Under the pieces are notes generated by a model. The model did no database searches. It was not told the origin of the DNA and saw nothing but the letters and a program-made list of their open reading frames with translations. From contig OZ024743.1 in assembly GCA_964016885.1 (NCBI GenBank), positions 130,696,001 to 130,760,000 of the forward strand: 64,000 nt of DNA, given 5' to 3'. The DNA is from Eledone cirrhosa. Its lineage: Eukaryota. Both the position numbers and the translations under genes were made by a program. Positions 37,901 to 50,700 of this stretch are shown one piece after another (position 1 is the first letter of the stretch; the number at the start of each line of letters is the position of its first letter).

Positions 37901-40900
37901 GTCTGGTGCTTGGTGCTTGGTGCTTGGTGTTTGGTGCATGGTGCTTGGTGCTTGGTGTTTGGTGCTGCGTGCTTGGTGTTTGGTGTTTGGTGTTTGGTGC
38001 CTGGTGCTTGTTGTTTGGTGTTTGGTGCTTAGTGCTTGGTGTTTGGTGTTTGGTGCTTGGTGCTTGGTGGCTGGTGCTTGGTGCTTGGTGTTTGGAGTTT
38101 GGTGCTTGGTGCTTGGTGCCTGGTGTTTCGTGCTTGGTGCTTGGTGCTTGGTGTTTGGTGTTTGGTGCTTGGTGTTTGGTGTTTGGTGCTTGGTGCTTGG
38201 TGTTTGGTGTTTGGTGCTTGGTGTTTGGTGCTTGGTGCTTGGTGCTGGGTGTTTGGTGCTTGGTGCTTGGTGTTTGGTGCTTTGTGCTTGGTGCTTGGTT
38301 TTTGGTCCTTGGTGCTTGGTGCTTGGTCTTTGGTGCTTGGGTTTTGGTGTTTGGTGCTTGGTGCTTGGTGTTTGGTGCTTGGTGCTTGGTGCTTGGTGCT
38401 TGGTGTTTGGTGCTTGGTGCTTGGTGTTTGGTGTTTGGTGCTGGGTGCATGGAGTTTGGTGCTTGGTGCTTGTGCTTGGTGTTTGGTGTTTGGTGCTTGG
38501 TATTTGGTGTTTGGTGTTTGATGCTTGGTTTGTGGTGCTTGGTGCTTGGTGTTTTGTGTTTGGTGCTTGGTGCTTGGTGTTTGATGTTTGGTCCTTGGTG
38601 CTTGGTGTTTGGTGATTGGTTCTTGGTGCCTGGTGCTTGGTGCTTGGTGCTTGGTGTTTGGTGTTTGGTGCTTGGTGCTTGGTGTTTGGTGTTTGGTGCT
38701 GGGTGCATGGAGTTTGGTGCTTGGTGCTTAGTGCTTGGTGTTTGGTGTTTGGTGCTTGGTATTTGGTGTTTGGTGTTTGATGCTTGGTGCGTGGTGCTTG
38801 GTGCTTGGTGTTTTGTGTTTGGTGCTTGGTGCTTGGTGCCTGGTGCTTGGTGCTTGGTGATTAGTGTTTGGTGCTTGGTGCTTGGTGTTTGGTGCTTGGT
38901 GTTTGGTGCTTGGTGCCTGGTGCTTGGTGTTTGGTGTTTGATGCTTGGTGTTTGGTGTTTGGTGTTTGGTACTTGGTGTTCGGTGCTTGGTGCTTGGTGC
39001 TTGGTGCTTGGTGTTTGGTGTTTGGAGCTTGGTGCTTGGTGTTTGATGTTTGGTCCTTGGTGCTTGGTGTTTGGTGTTGTGTGCTTGGTGCTTGGTGCTT
39101 GGTGTTTGGTGCTTGGTGCTTGGTGCTTGGTGTTTGGCGTTTGCTGTTTGCTGTTTGGTGTTTGGTGTTTGCTGTTTGGTGTTTGCTGTTTGGTGCTTGG
39201 TGCTTGGTGTTTGGTGTTTGGTGCTTGTTGTTTGGTGCTTGGTGCTTGGTGCTGGGTGTTTGGTGCTTGGTGCTTGGTGTTTGGTGCTTGGTGATTGGTG
39301 CCTGGTGTTTGGTCCTTGGTGCTTGGTGCTTGGTCTTTGGTGCTTGGGTTTTGGTGTTTGGTGCTTGGTGCTTGGTGTTTGGTGCTTGGTGTTTGGTGCT
39401 TGGTGCTTGGTTATTAGTGTTTGGTGATTGGTGCTTGGGGTTTGGTGTTTGGGGCTTGGTGTTTGGTGCTTAGTGCTTGCTGTTTGGTGTTTGGTGTTTG
39501 GTTCTTGGTGCTTGGTGTTTGGTGTTTGGTGTTTGGTGCTTGGTGCTTGGTGCTTGGTGTTTGGTGCTTGGTGCTTGGTGCTTGGTGTTTGGTGCTGCGT
39601 GTTTGGTGTTTGGTGTTTGGTGCTTGGTGCCTGGTGCTTGTTGTTTGGTGTTTGGTGCTTAGTGCTTGGTGTTTGGGGTTTGGTGCTTGGTGCTTGGTGG
39701 CTGGTGTTTGGTGCTTGGTGTTTGGAGTTTGGTGCTTGGTGCTTGGTGCCTGGTGTTTCGTGCTTGGTGCTTGGTGCTTGGTGTTTGATGTTTGGTGCTT
39801 GGTGTTTGGTGTTTGGTACTTGGTGCTTGGTGCTTGGTGCTTGGTGTTTGGTGCTTGGTGTTTGATGCTGCGTGCTTGGTGTTTGGTGTTTGGTGCTTGG
39901 TGCTTGGTGTTTGGTGTTTGGAGCTTGGTGCCTGGTGCTTGTTGTTTGGTGTTTGGCGCTTGGTGCTTGGTGTTTGGTGTTTGGCGCTTGGTGCTTGGTG
40001 TTTGGTGTTTGGTGCTTGGTGCTTGGTGCTTGGTATCTGGTGTTTGGTGCTTGATGTTTGGTGTTTGGTGCTTGGTGTTTGCTGTTTGGTGTTTGGTGTT
40101 TGCTGTTTGGTGTTTGCTGTTTGGTGCTTGGTGCTTGGTGTTTGGTGTTTGGTGCTTGGTGTTTGGTGCTTGGTGCTTGGTGCTGGGTGTTTGGTGCTTG
40201 GTGCTTGGTGTTTGGTTCTTGGTGATTGGTGCTTGGTGTTTGGTCCTTGGTGCTTGGTGCTTGGTCTTTGGTGCTTGGGTTTTGGTGTTTGGTGCTTGGT
40301 GCTTGGTGTTTGGTGCTTGGTGTTTGGTGCTTGGTGCTTGGTTATTAGTGTTTGGTGATTGGTGCTTGGGGTTTGGTGTTTGGGGCTTGGTGTTTGGTGC
40401 TTAGTGCTTGCTGTTTGGTGTTTGGTGTTTGGTTCTTGGTGCTTGGTGTTTGGTGTTTGGTGTTTGGTGCTTGGTGCTTGGTGCTTGGTGTTTGGTGCTT
40501 GGTGCTTGGTGCTTGGTGTTTGGTGCTGCGTGTTTGGTGTTTGGTGTTTGGTGCTTGGTGCCTGGTGCTTGTTGTTTGGTGTTTGGTGCTTAGTGCTTGG
40601 TGTTTGGGGTTTGGTGCTTGGTGCTTGGTGGCTGGTGTTTGGTGCTTGGTGTTTGGAGTTTGGTGCTTGGTGCTTGGTGCCTGGTGTTTCGTGCTTGGTG
40701 CTTGGTGCTTGGTGTTTGATGTTTGGTGCTTGGTGTTTGGTGTTTGGTACTTGGTGCTTGGTGCTTGGTGCTTGGTGTTTGGTGCTTGGTGTTTGATGCT
40801 GCGTGCTTGGTGTTTGGTGTTTGGTGCTTGGTGCTTGGTGTTTGGTGTTTGGAGCTTGGTGCCTGGTGCTTGTTGTTTGGTGTTTGGCGCTTGGTGCTTG

Positions 40901-42087
40901 GTGTTTGGTGTTTGGCGCTTGGTGCTTGGTGTTTGGTGTTTGGTGCTTGGTGCTTGGTGCTTGGTATCTGGTGTTTGGTGCTTGATGTTTGGTGTTTGGT
41001 GCTTGGTGTTTGGTGTTTGGTGCTTGGTGTTTGGTGCTTGGTGTTTGGTGTTTGGTGTTTGATGCTTGGTGTTTGCTGCTTGGTGCTTGGTGCTTGGTGT
41101 TTTGTGTTTGGTGCTTGGTGCTTGGTGCCTGGTGCTTGGTGCTTGGTGCTTGTTGTTTGGTTCTTGGTGCTTGGTGATTAGTGTTTGGTGCTTGGTGCTT
41201 GCTGATTGGTGTTTGGTGTTCGGTTCTTGGTGCTTGGTGTATGGTGTTTAGTGTCTGGTGCTTGGTGCTTGGTGCTTGGTGTTTGGTGCATGGTGCTTGG
41301 TGCTTGGTGTTTGGTGCTGCGTGCTTGGTGTTTGGTGTTTGGTGTTTGGTGCCTGGTGCTTGTTGTTTGGTGTTTGGTGCTTAGTGCTTGGTGTTTGGTG
41401 TTTGGTGCTTGGTGCTTGGTGGCTGGTGCTTGGTGCTTGGTGTTTGGAGTTTGGTGCTTGGTGCTTGGTGCCTGGTGTTTCGTGCTTGGTGCTTGGTGCT
41501 TGGTGTTTAGTGTTTGGTGCTTGGTGTTTGGTGTTTGGTGCTTGGTGCTTGGTGTTTGGTGTTTGGTGCTTGGTGTTTGGTGCTTGGTGCTTGGTGCTGG
41601 GTGTTTGGTGCTTGGTGCTTGGTGTTTGGTGCTTGGTGCTTGGTGCTTGGTTTTTGGTCCTTGGTGCTTGGTGCTTGGTCTTTGGTGCTTGGGTTTTGGT
41701 GTTTGGTGCTTGGTGCTTGGTGTTTGGTGCTTGGTGCTTGTTGCTTGGTGCTTGGTGTTTGGTGCTTGGTGCTTGGTGTTTGGTCTTTGGTGCTGGGTGC
41801 ATGGAGTTTGGTGCTTGGTGCTTGTGCTTGGTGTTTGGTGTTTGGTGCTTGGTATTTGGTGTTTGGTGTTTGATGCTTGGTTTGTGGTGCTTGGTGCTTG
41901 GTGTTTTGTGTTTGATGCTTGGTGCTTGGTGTTTGATGTTTGGTCCTTGGTGCTTGGTGTTTGGTGATTGGTTCTTGGTGCCTGGTGCTTGGTGGTTGGT
42001 GCTTGTTGTTTGGTGCTTGGTGCTTGGTGATTAGTGTTTGGTGCTTGGTGCTTGGTGTTTGGTGCTTGGTGTTTGGTGCTTGGTGCC
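34900..42087 (+). repeat. Nested duplications (offsets 1281, 2421, 931 and 3352 bp) of a block related to 12370-13560 and 26863-28330
   Basis: Matching ORFs 35166/36447/38868, 35719/37000/39421/40352 and 37829/41181. Diagnostic GGTTATTAGTG landmark at ~35706, 36988, 39410 and 40341. Confidence 0.82.
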
Positions 42088-45000
42088 TGGTGCTTGGTGT
42101 TTGGTGTTTGATGCTTGGTGTTTGGTGTTTGGTGTTTGGTACTTGGTGTTCGGTGCTTGGTGCTTGGTGCTTGGTGCTTGGTGTATGGTGTTTGGTGCTT
42201 GGTGCTTGGTGTTTGATGTTTGGTCCTTGGTGCTTGGTGTTTGGTGTTGTGTGCTTGGTGCTTGGTGCTTGATGTTTGGTGCTTGGTGCTTGGTGCTTGG
42301 TGTTTGGCGTTTGCTGTTTGCTGTTTGGTGTTTGGTGTTTGCTGTTTGGTGTTTGCTGTTTGGTGTTTGGTGTTTGGTGCTTGCTGTTTGGTGCTTGGTG
42401 CTTGGTGTTTGGTGTTAGGTGCTTGGTGTTTGGTGCTTGGTGCTTGGTGCTGAGTGTTTGGTGCTTGGTGCTTGGTGTTTGGTGTTTGGTGATTGGTGCT
42501 TGGTGTTTGGTCCTTGGTGCTTGGTGCTTGGTCTTTGGTGCTTGGGTTTTGGTGTTTGGTGCTTGGTGCTTGGTGTTTGGTGCTTGGTGCTTGGTGCTTG
42601 GTGCTTGGTGTTTGGTGCTTGCTGCTTGGTGCTTGGTGTTTGGTGCTTGGTGCTTGGTGATTAGTGTTTGGTGATTGGTGCTTGGGGTTTGGTGTTTGGG
42701 GCTTGGTGTTTGGTGCTTAGTGCTTGCTGTTTGGTATTTGGTGTTTGGTTCTTGGTGCTTGGTGTTTGGTGTTTGGTGTTTGGTGCTTGGTGCTTGGTGC
42801 TTGGTGTTTGGTGCTTGGTGCTTGGTGTTTGGTGCTTGGTGCCTGGTGCTTGTTGTTTGGTGTTTGGTGCTTAGTGCTTGGTGTTTGGTGTTTGGTGCTT
42901 GGTGTTTGTGGCTGGTGTTTGGTGCTTGGTGTTTGGAGTTTGGTGCTTGGTGCTTGGTGCCTGGTGTTTTGTGCTTGGTGCTTGGTGCTTGGTGCTTGGT
43001 GTTTGGTGTTTGGTGCTTGGTGTTTGGTGTTTGGTACTTGGTGCTTGGTGTTTGGTGGCTGGTGTTTGGTGCTTGGTGTTTGGAGTTTGGTGCTTGGTGC
43101 TTGGTGCCTGGTGTTTCGTGCTTGGTGCTTGGTGCTTGGTGTTTGGTGTTTGGTGCTTGGTGTTTGGTGTTTGGTACTTGGTGCTTGGTGCTTGGTGTTT
43201 GGTGTTTGGTGCTTGGTGCTTGGTGTTTGGTGTTTGGAGCTTGGTGCCTTGTGCTTGTTGCTTGGTGTTTGGCGCTTGGTGCTTGGTGCCTGGTGTTTCG
43301 TGCTTGGTGCTTGGTGCTTGGTGCTTGGTGTTTGGTGTTTGGTGCTTGGTGTTTGGTGTTTGGTACTTGGTGCTTGGTGCTTGGTGCTTGGTGTTTGGTG
43401 CTTGGTGTTTGATGCTGCGTGCTTGGTGTTTGGTGTTTGGTGCTTGGTGCTTGGTGTTTGGTGTTTGGAGCTTGGTGCCTGGTGCTTGTTGCTTGGTGTT
43501 TGGCGCTTGGTGCTTGGTGTTTCGTGTTTGGTGCTTGGTGCTTGGTGCTTGGTATCTGGTGTTTGGTGCTTGATGTTTGGTGTTTGGTGCTTGGTGTTTG
43601 GTGTTTGGTGCTTGGTGCTTGGTGTTTGGTGCTTGGTGCTTGGTGTTTTGTGTTTGGTGCTTGGTGCTTGGTGCCTGGTGCTTGGTGCTTGGTGCTTGTT
43701 GTTTGGTGCTTGGTGCTTGGTGATTAGTGTTTGGTGCTTGGTGCTTGCGGTTTGGTGTTTGGTGCTTGGGGTTTGGTGCTTGGTGCTTGGTGCTTGGTGT
43801 TTGGTGCTTGGTGCTTGGTGTTTGGTGCTTGGTGCCTGGTGTTTGGTGTTTGGCGTTTGCTGTTTGCTGTTTGGTGTTTGGTGCTTGCTGTTTGGTGCTT
43901 GGTGCATGGTGTTTGGTGTTTGGTGTTTTGTGCTTGGTGCTTGGTGTTTGGTGCTTGGTGCTTGGTGCTGGGTGTTTGGTGCTTGGTGCTTGGTGTTTGG
44001 TGCTTGGTGCTTGGTGCTTGGTGTTTGGTCCTTGGTGCTTGGTGCTTGGTATTTGGTGCTTGGGTTTTGGTGTTTGGTGCTTGGTGCTTGGTGTTTGGTG
44101 CTTGGTTCTTGGTGCTTGGTGCTTGGTGTTTGGTGATTGCTGCTTGGTGCTTGGTGTTTGGTACTTGGTGCTTGGTGATTAGTGTTTGGTGATTGGTGCT
44201 TGGGGTTTGCTGTTTGGTGCTTGGTGTTTGGTGCTTGGTGCTTGCTGTTAGGTGTTTGGTGTTTGGTTCTTGGTGCTTGGTGTTTGGTGTTTGGTGTCTG
44301 GTGCTTGTTGCTTGCTGCTTGGTGTTTGGTGCTTGGTGCCTGGTGCTTGGTGTTTGGTGCTGCGTGCTTGGTGTTTGGTGTTTGGTGCTTGGTGCCTGGT
44401 GCTTGTTGTTTGGTGTTTGGTGCTTAGTGCTTGGTGTTTGGTGTTTGGTGCTTGGTGCTTGGTGGCTGGTGCTTGGTGCTTGGTGTTTGGAGTTTGGTGC
44501 TTGGTGCTTGGTGCCTGGTGTTTCGTGCTTGGTGCTTGGTGCTTGGTGTTTGGTGTTTGGTGATTGGTGTTTGGTGTTTGGTGCTGGGTGCATGGAGTTT
44601 GGTGCTTGGTGCTTAGTGCTTGGTGTTTGGTGTTTGGTGCTTGGTATTTGATGCTTGGTGTGTGGTGCTTGGTGCTTGGTGTTTTGTGTTTGGTGCTTGG
44701 TGCTTGGTGCCTGGTGCTTGGTGCTTGGTGCTTGTTGTTTGGTGCTTGGTGCTTGATGATTAGTGTTTGGTGCTTGGTGTTTGGTGTTTGATGCTTGGTG
44801 TTTGGTGTTTGGTGTTTGGTACTTGGTGTTCGGTGCTTGGTGCTTGGTGCTTGGTGCTTGGTGTATGGTGTTTGGTGCTTGGTGCTTGGTGTTTGATGTT
44901 TGGTCCTTGGTGCTTGGTGTTTGGTGTTGTGTGCTTGGTGCTTGGTGCTTGATGTTTGGTGCTTGGTGCTTGGTGCTTGGTGTTTGGCGTTTGCTGTTTG

Positions 45001-47447
45001 CTGTTTGGTGTTTGGTGTTTGCTGTTTGGTGTTTGCTGTTTGGTGTTTGGTGTTTGGTGCTTGCTGTTTGGTGCTTGGTGCTTGGTGTTTGGTGTTAGGT
45101 GCTTGGTGTTTGGTGCTTGGTGCTTGGTGCTGAGTGTTTGGTGCTTGGTGCTTGGTGTTTGGTGTTTGGTGATTGGTGCTTGGTGTTTGGTCCTTGGTGC
45201 TTGGTGCTTGGTCTTTGGTGCTTGGGTTTTGGTGTTTGGTGCTTGGTGCTTGGTGTTTGGTGCTTGGTGCTTGGTGCTTGGTGCTTGGTGTTTGGTGCTT
45301 GCTGCTTGGTGCTTGGTGTTTGGTGCTTGGTGCTTGGTGATTAGTGTTTGGTGATTGGTGCTTGGGGTTTGGTGTTTGGGGCTTGGTGTTTGGTGCTTAG
45401 TGCTTGCTGTTTGGTATTTGGTGTTTGGTTCTTGGTGCTTGGTGTTTGGTGTTTGGTGTTTGGTGCTTGGTGCTTGGTGCTTGGTGTTTGGTGCTTGGTG
45501 CTTGGTGTTTGGTGCTTGGTGCCTGGTGCTTGTTGTTTGGTGTTTGGTGCTTAGTGCTTGGTGTTTGGTGTTTGGTGCTTGGTGTTTGTGGCTGGTGTTT
45601 GGTGCTTGGTGTTTGGAGTTTGGTGCTTGGTGCTTGGTGCCTGGTGTTTTGTGCTTGGTGCTTGGTGCTTGGTGCTTGGTGTTTGGTGTTTGGTGCTTGG
45701 TGTTTGGTGTTTGGTACTTGGTGCTTGGTGTTTGGTGGCTGGTGTTTGGTGCTTGGTGTTTGGAGTTTGGTGCTTGGTGCTTGGTGCCTGGTGTTTCGTG
45801 CTTGGTGCTTGGTGCTTGGTGTTTGGTGTTTGGTGCTTGGTGTTTGGTGTTTGGTACTTGGTGCTTGGTGCTTGGTGTTTGGTGTTTGGTGCTTGGTGCT
45901 TGGTGTTTGGTGTTTGGAGCTTGGTGCCTGGTGCTTGTTGCTTGGTGTTTGGCGCTTGGTGCTTGGTGCCTGGTGTTTCGTGCTTGGTGCTTGGTGCTTG
46001 GTGCTTGGTGTTTGGTGTTTGGTGCTTGGTGTTTGGTGTTTGGTACTTGGTGCTTGGTGCTTGGTGCTTGGTGTTTGGTGCTTGGTGTTTGATGCTGCGT
46101 GCTTGGTGTTTGGTGTTTGGTGCTTGGTGCTTGGTGTTTGGTGTTTGGAGCTTGGTGCCTGGTGCTTGTTGCTTGGTGTTTGGCGCTTGGTGCTTGGTGT
46201 TTCGTGTTTGGTGCTTGGTGCTTGGTGCTTGGTATCTGGTGTTTGGTGCTTGATGTTTGGTGTTTGGTGCTTGGTGTTTGGTGTTTGGTGCTTGGTGCTT
46301 GGTGTTTGGTGCTTGGTGCTTGGTGTTTTGTGTTTGGTGCTTGGTGCTTGGTGCCTGGTGCTTGGTGCTTGGTGCTTGTTGTTTGGTGCTTGGTGCTTGG
46401 TGATTAGTGTTTGGTGCTTGGTGCTTGCGGTTTGGTGTTTGGTGCTTGGGGTTTGGTGCTTGGTGCTTGGTGCTTGCTGTTTGGTGCTTGGTGCTTGGTG
46501 TTTGGTGCTTGGTGCCTGGTGTTTGGTGTTTGGCGTTTGCTGTTTGCTGTTTGGTGTTTGGTGCTTGCTGTTTGGTGCTTGGTGCATGGTGTTTGGTGTT
46601 TGGTGTTTTGTGCTTGGTGCTTGGTGTTTGGTGCTTGGTGCTTGGTGCTGGGTGTTTGGTGCTTGGTGCTTGGTGTTTGGTGCTTGGTGCTTGGTGCTTG
46701 GTGTTTGGTCCTTGGTGCTTGGTGCTTGGTATTTGGTGCTTGGGTTTTGGTGTTTGGTGCTTGGTGCTTGGTGTTTGGTGCTTGGTTCTTGGTGCTTGGT
46801 GCTTGGTGTTTGGTGATTGCTGCTTGGTGCTTGGTGTTTGGTACTTGGTGCTTGGTGATTAGTGTTTGGTGATTGGTGCTTGGGGTTTGCTGTTTGGTGC
46901 TTGGTGTTTGGTGCTTGGTGCTTGCTGTTAGGTGTTTGGTGTTTGGTTCTTGGTGCTTGGTGTTTGGTGTTTGGTGTCTGGTGCTTGTTGCTTGCTGCTT
47001 GGTGTTTGGTGCTTGGTGCCTGGTGCTTGGTGTTTGGTGCTGCGTGCTTGGTGTTTGGTGTTTGGTGCTTGGTGCCTGGTGCTTGTTGTTTGGTGTTTGG
47101 TGCTTAGTGCTTGGTGTTTGGTGTTTGGTGCTTGGTGCTTGGTGGCTGGTGCTTGGTGCTTGGTGTTTGGAGTTTGGTGCTTGGTGCTTGGTGCCTGGTG
47201 TTTCGTGCTTGGTGCTTGGTGCTTGGTGTTTGGTGTTTGGTGATTGGTGTTTGGTGTTTGGTGCTGGGTGCATGGAGTTTGGTGCTTGGTGCTTAGTGCT
47301 TGGTGTTTGGTGTTTGGTGCTTGGTATTTGATGCTTGGTGTGTGGTGCTTGGTGCTTGGTGTTTTGTGTTTGGTGCTTGGTGCTTGGTGCCTGGTGCTTG
47401 GTGCTTGGTGCTTGTTGTTTGGTGCTTGGTGCTTGATGATTAGTGTT
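42088..47447 (+). repeat. 2,680-bp near-perfect tandem duplication (~42088-44767 and ~44768-47447)
   Basis: Constant 2680 offset for ORFs 42220/44900, 42675/45355, 43727/46407 and 44193/46873. 2680 = 383x7 - 1, explained by one 6-bp unit (TTGTGG) per copy. Confidence 0.95.
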
Positions 47448-47705
47448 TGGTGCTTGGTGCTTGGTGTTTGGTGCTTGGTGTTTGGTGCTTGGTGCCTGGT
47501 GCTTGGTGTTTGGTGTTTGGTGCTTGGTGTTTGGTGCTTGGTGTTTGGTACTTGGTGTTCGGTGCTTGGTGCTTGGTGCTTGGTGTTTGATGTTTGGTCC
47601 GTGGTGCTTGGTGTTTGGTGTTGTGTGCTTGGTGCTTGGTGCTTGCTGTTTGGTTTTTGGTGCTTGGTGTTTGGTGTTTGCTGTTTGGTGTTTGCTGTTT
47701 GGTGT

Positions 47706-50700
47706 TTGGTGTTTGGTGCTTGCTGTTTGGTGCTTGGTGCTTGGTATTTGGTGTTTGGTGCTTGGTGTTTGGTGCTTGGTGCTTGGTGCTGGGTGTTTGG
47801 TGCTTGGTGCTTGGTGTTTGGTGCTTGGTGCTTGGTGCTTGGTGCTTGGTGTTTGGTGCTTGGTGCTTGGTCTTTGGTGCTTGGGTTTTGGTGTTTGGTG
47901 CTTGGTGCTTGGTGTTTGGTGCTTGGTGCTTGGTGCTTGGTGTTTGGTGCTTGCTGCTTGGTGCTTGGTGTTTGGTGCTTAGTGCTTGGTGATTAGTGTT
48001 CGGTGATTGGTGCTTGGGGTTTGGTGTTTGGGGCTTGGTGTTTGGTGCTTAGTGCTTGCTGTTTGGTGTTTGGTGTTTGGTTCTTGGTGCTTGGTGTTTG
48101 GTGTTTGGTGTTTGGTGGTTGGTGCTTGGTGCTTGGTGTTTGGTGCTTGGTGCTTGGTGCTTGGTGTTTGGTGCTGCGTGCTTGGTGTTTGGTGTTTGGT
48201 GCTTGGTGCCTGGTGCTTGTTGTTTGGTGTTTCGTGCTTAGTGCTTGGTGTTTGGTGTTTGGTGCTTGGTGCTTGGTGGCTGGTGTTTGGTGCTTGGTGT
48301 TTGGAGTTTGGTGCTTGGTGCTTGGTGCCTGGTGTTTCGTGCTTGGTGCTTGGTGCTTGGTGTTTGGTGTTTGGTGCTTGGTGTTTGGTGTTTGGTACTT
48401 GGTGCTTGGTGCTTGGTGCTTGGTGTTTGGTGCTTGGTGTTTGATGCTGCGTGCTTGGTGTTTGGTGTTTGGTGCTTGGTGCTTGGTGTTTGGTGTTCGG
48501 AGATTGGTGCCTGGTGCTTGTTGTTTGGTGTTTGGCTCTTGGTGCTTGGTGTTTGGTGTTTGGTGCTTTGTGCTTGGTGTTTGGTATCTGGTGTTTGGTG
48601 CTTGATGTTTGGTGTTTGGTGCTTGGTGTTTGGTGTTTGGTGCTTGGTGCTTGGTGTTTGGTGCTTGGTGTTTGGTGTTTGATGTTTGATGCTTGGTGTT
48701 TGCTGCTTGGTGCTTGGTGCTTGGTGTTTTGTGTTTGGTGCTTGGTGCTTGGTGCTTGGTGCCTGGTGCTTGGTGCTTGGTGCTTGTTGTTTGGTGCTTG
48801 GTGCTTGGTGATAAGTGTTTGGTGCTTGGTGCTTGCGGTTTGGTGTTTGGTGCTTGGTGTTTGGTGCTTGGTGCTTGGTGTTTGGTGCTTGGTGCTTGGT
48901 GTTTGGTGTTTGGCGTTTGCTGTTTGCTGTTTGGTGTTTGGTGCTTGCTCTTTGGTGCTTGGTGCTTGGTGTTTGGTGTTTGGTGTTTGGTGCTTGGTGC
49001 TTGGTGTTTGGTGCTTGGTGCTTGGTGCTGGGTGTTTGGTGCTTGGTGCTTGGTGTTTGGTGCTTGGTGCTTGGTGCTTGGTGTTTGGTCCTTGGTGCTT
49101 GGTGTTTGGTGCTTGGTTCTTGGTGCTTGGTGCGTGGTGTTTGGTGATTGCTGCTTGGTGCTTGGTGTTTGGTGCTTGGTGCTTGGTGATTAGTGTTTGG
49201 TGATTGGTGCTTGGTGTTTGGTGTTTGGTGCTTTGTGCTTGGTGCTTGGTATCTGGTGTTTGGTGCTTGATGTTTGGTGTTTGGTGCTTGGTGTTTGGTG
49301 TTTGGTGCTTGGTGCTTGGTGTTTGGTGCTTGGTGCTTGCTGTTTGGTGTTTGGTGTTTGGTTCTTGGTGCTTGGTGTTTGGTGTTTGGTGTCTGGTGCT
49401 TGGTGCTTGGTGCTTGGTGTTTGGTGCTTGGTGCTTGGTGCTTGGTGTTTGGTGCTGCGTGCTTGGTGTTTGGTGTTTGGTGCTTGGTGCCTGGTGCTTG
49501 TTGTTTGGTGTTTGGTGCTTGGTGCTTGGTGTTTGGTGTTTGGTGCTGGGTGCATGGAGTTTGGTGCTTGGTGCTTGTGCTTGGTGTTTGGTGTTTGGTG
49601 CTTGGTATTTGGTGTTTGGTGTTTGATGCTTGGTGTGTGGTGCTTGGTGCTTGGTGTTTTGTGTTTGGTGCTTGGTGCTTGGTGATTAGTGTTTGGTGCT
49701 TGGTGCTTGGTGTTTGGTGCTTGGTGTTTGGTGCTTGGTGCCTGGTGCTTGGTGTTTGGTGTTTGATGCTTGGTGTTTGGTGTTTGGTGTTTGGTACTTG
49801 GTGTTCGGTGCTTGGTGCTTGGTGCTTGGTGCTTGGTGTTTGGTGTTTGGTGCTTGGTGCTTGGTGTTTGATGTTTGGTCCTTGGTGCTTGGTGTTTGGT
49901 GTTGTGTGCTTGGTGCTTGGTGCTTGATGTTTGGTGCTTGGTGCTTGGTGCTTGGTGTTTGGCGTTTGCTGTTTGCTGTTTGGTGTTTGGTGTTTGGTGT
50001 TTGGTGTTTGCTGTTTGGTGTTTGGTGTTTGGTGCTTGCTGTTTGGTGCTTGGTGCTTGGTGTTTGGTGTTAGGTGCTTGGTGTTTGGTGCTTGGTGCTT
50101 GGTGCTGAGTGTTTGGTGCTTGGTGCTTGGTGTTTGGTGCTTGGTGATTGTTGCTTGGTGTTTGGTCCTTGGTGCTTGGTGCTTGGTCTTTGGTGCTTGG
50201 GTTTTGGTGTTTGGTGCTTGGTGCTTGGTGTTTGGTGCTTGGTGCTTGGTGCTTGGTGCTTGGTGTTTGGTGCTTGATGCTTGGTGCTTGGTGTTTGGTG
50301 CTTGGTGCTTGGTGATTAGTGTTTGGTGATTGGTGCTTGGGGTTTGGTGTTTGGGGCTTGGTGTTTGGTGCTTAGTGCATGCTGTTTGGTGTTTGGTGTT
50401 TGGTTCTTGGTGCTTGGTGTTTGGTGTTTGGTGTTTGGTGCTTGGTGCTTGGTGCTTGGTGTTTGGTGCTTGGTGCTTGGTGTTTGGTGCTTGGTGCCTG
50501 GTGCTTGTTGTTTGGTGTTTGGTGCTTAGTGCTTGGTGTTTGGTGTTTGGTGCTTGGTGCTTGGTGGCTGGTGTTTGGTGCTTGGTGTTTGGAGTTTGGT
50601 GCTTGGTGCTTGGTGCCTGGTGTTTCGTGCTTGGTGCTTGGTGCTTGGTGTTTGGTGTTTGGTGCTTGGTGTTTGGTGTTTGGTACTTGGTGCTTGGTGC

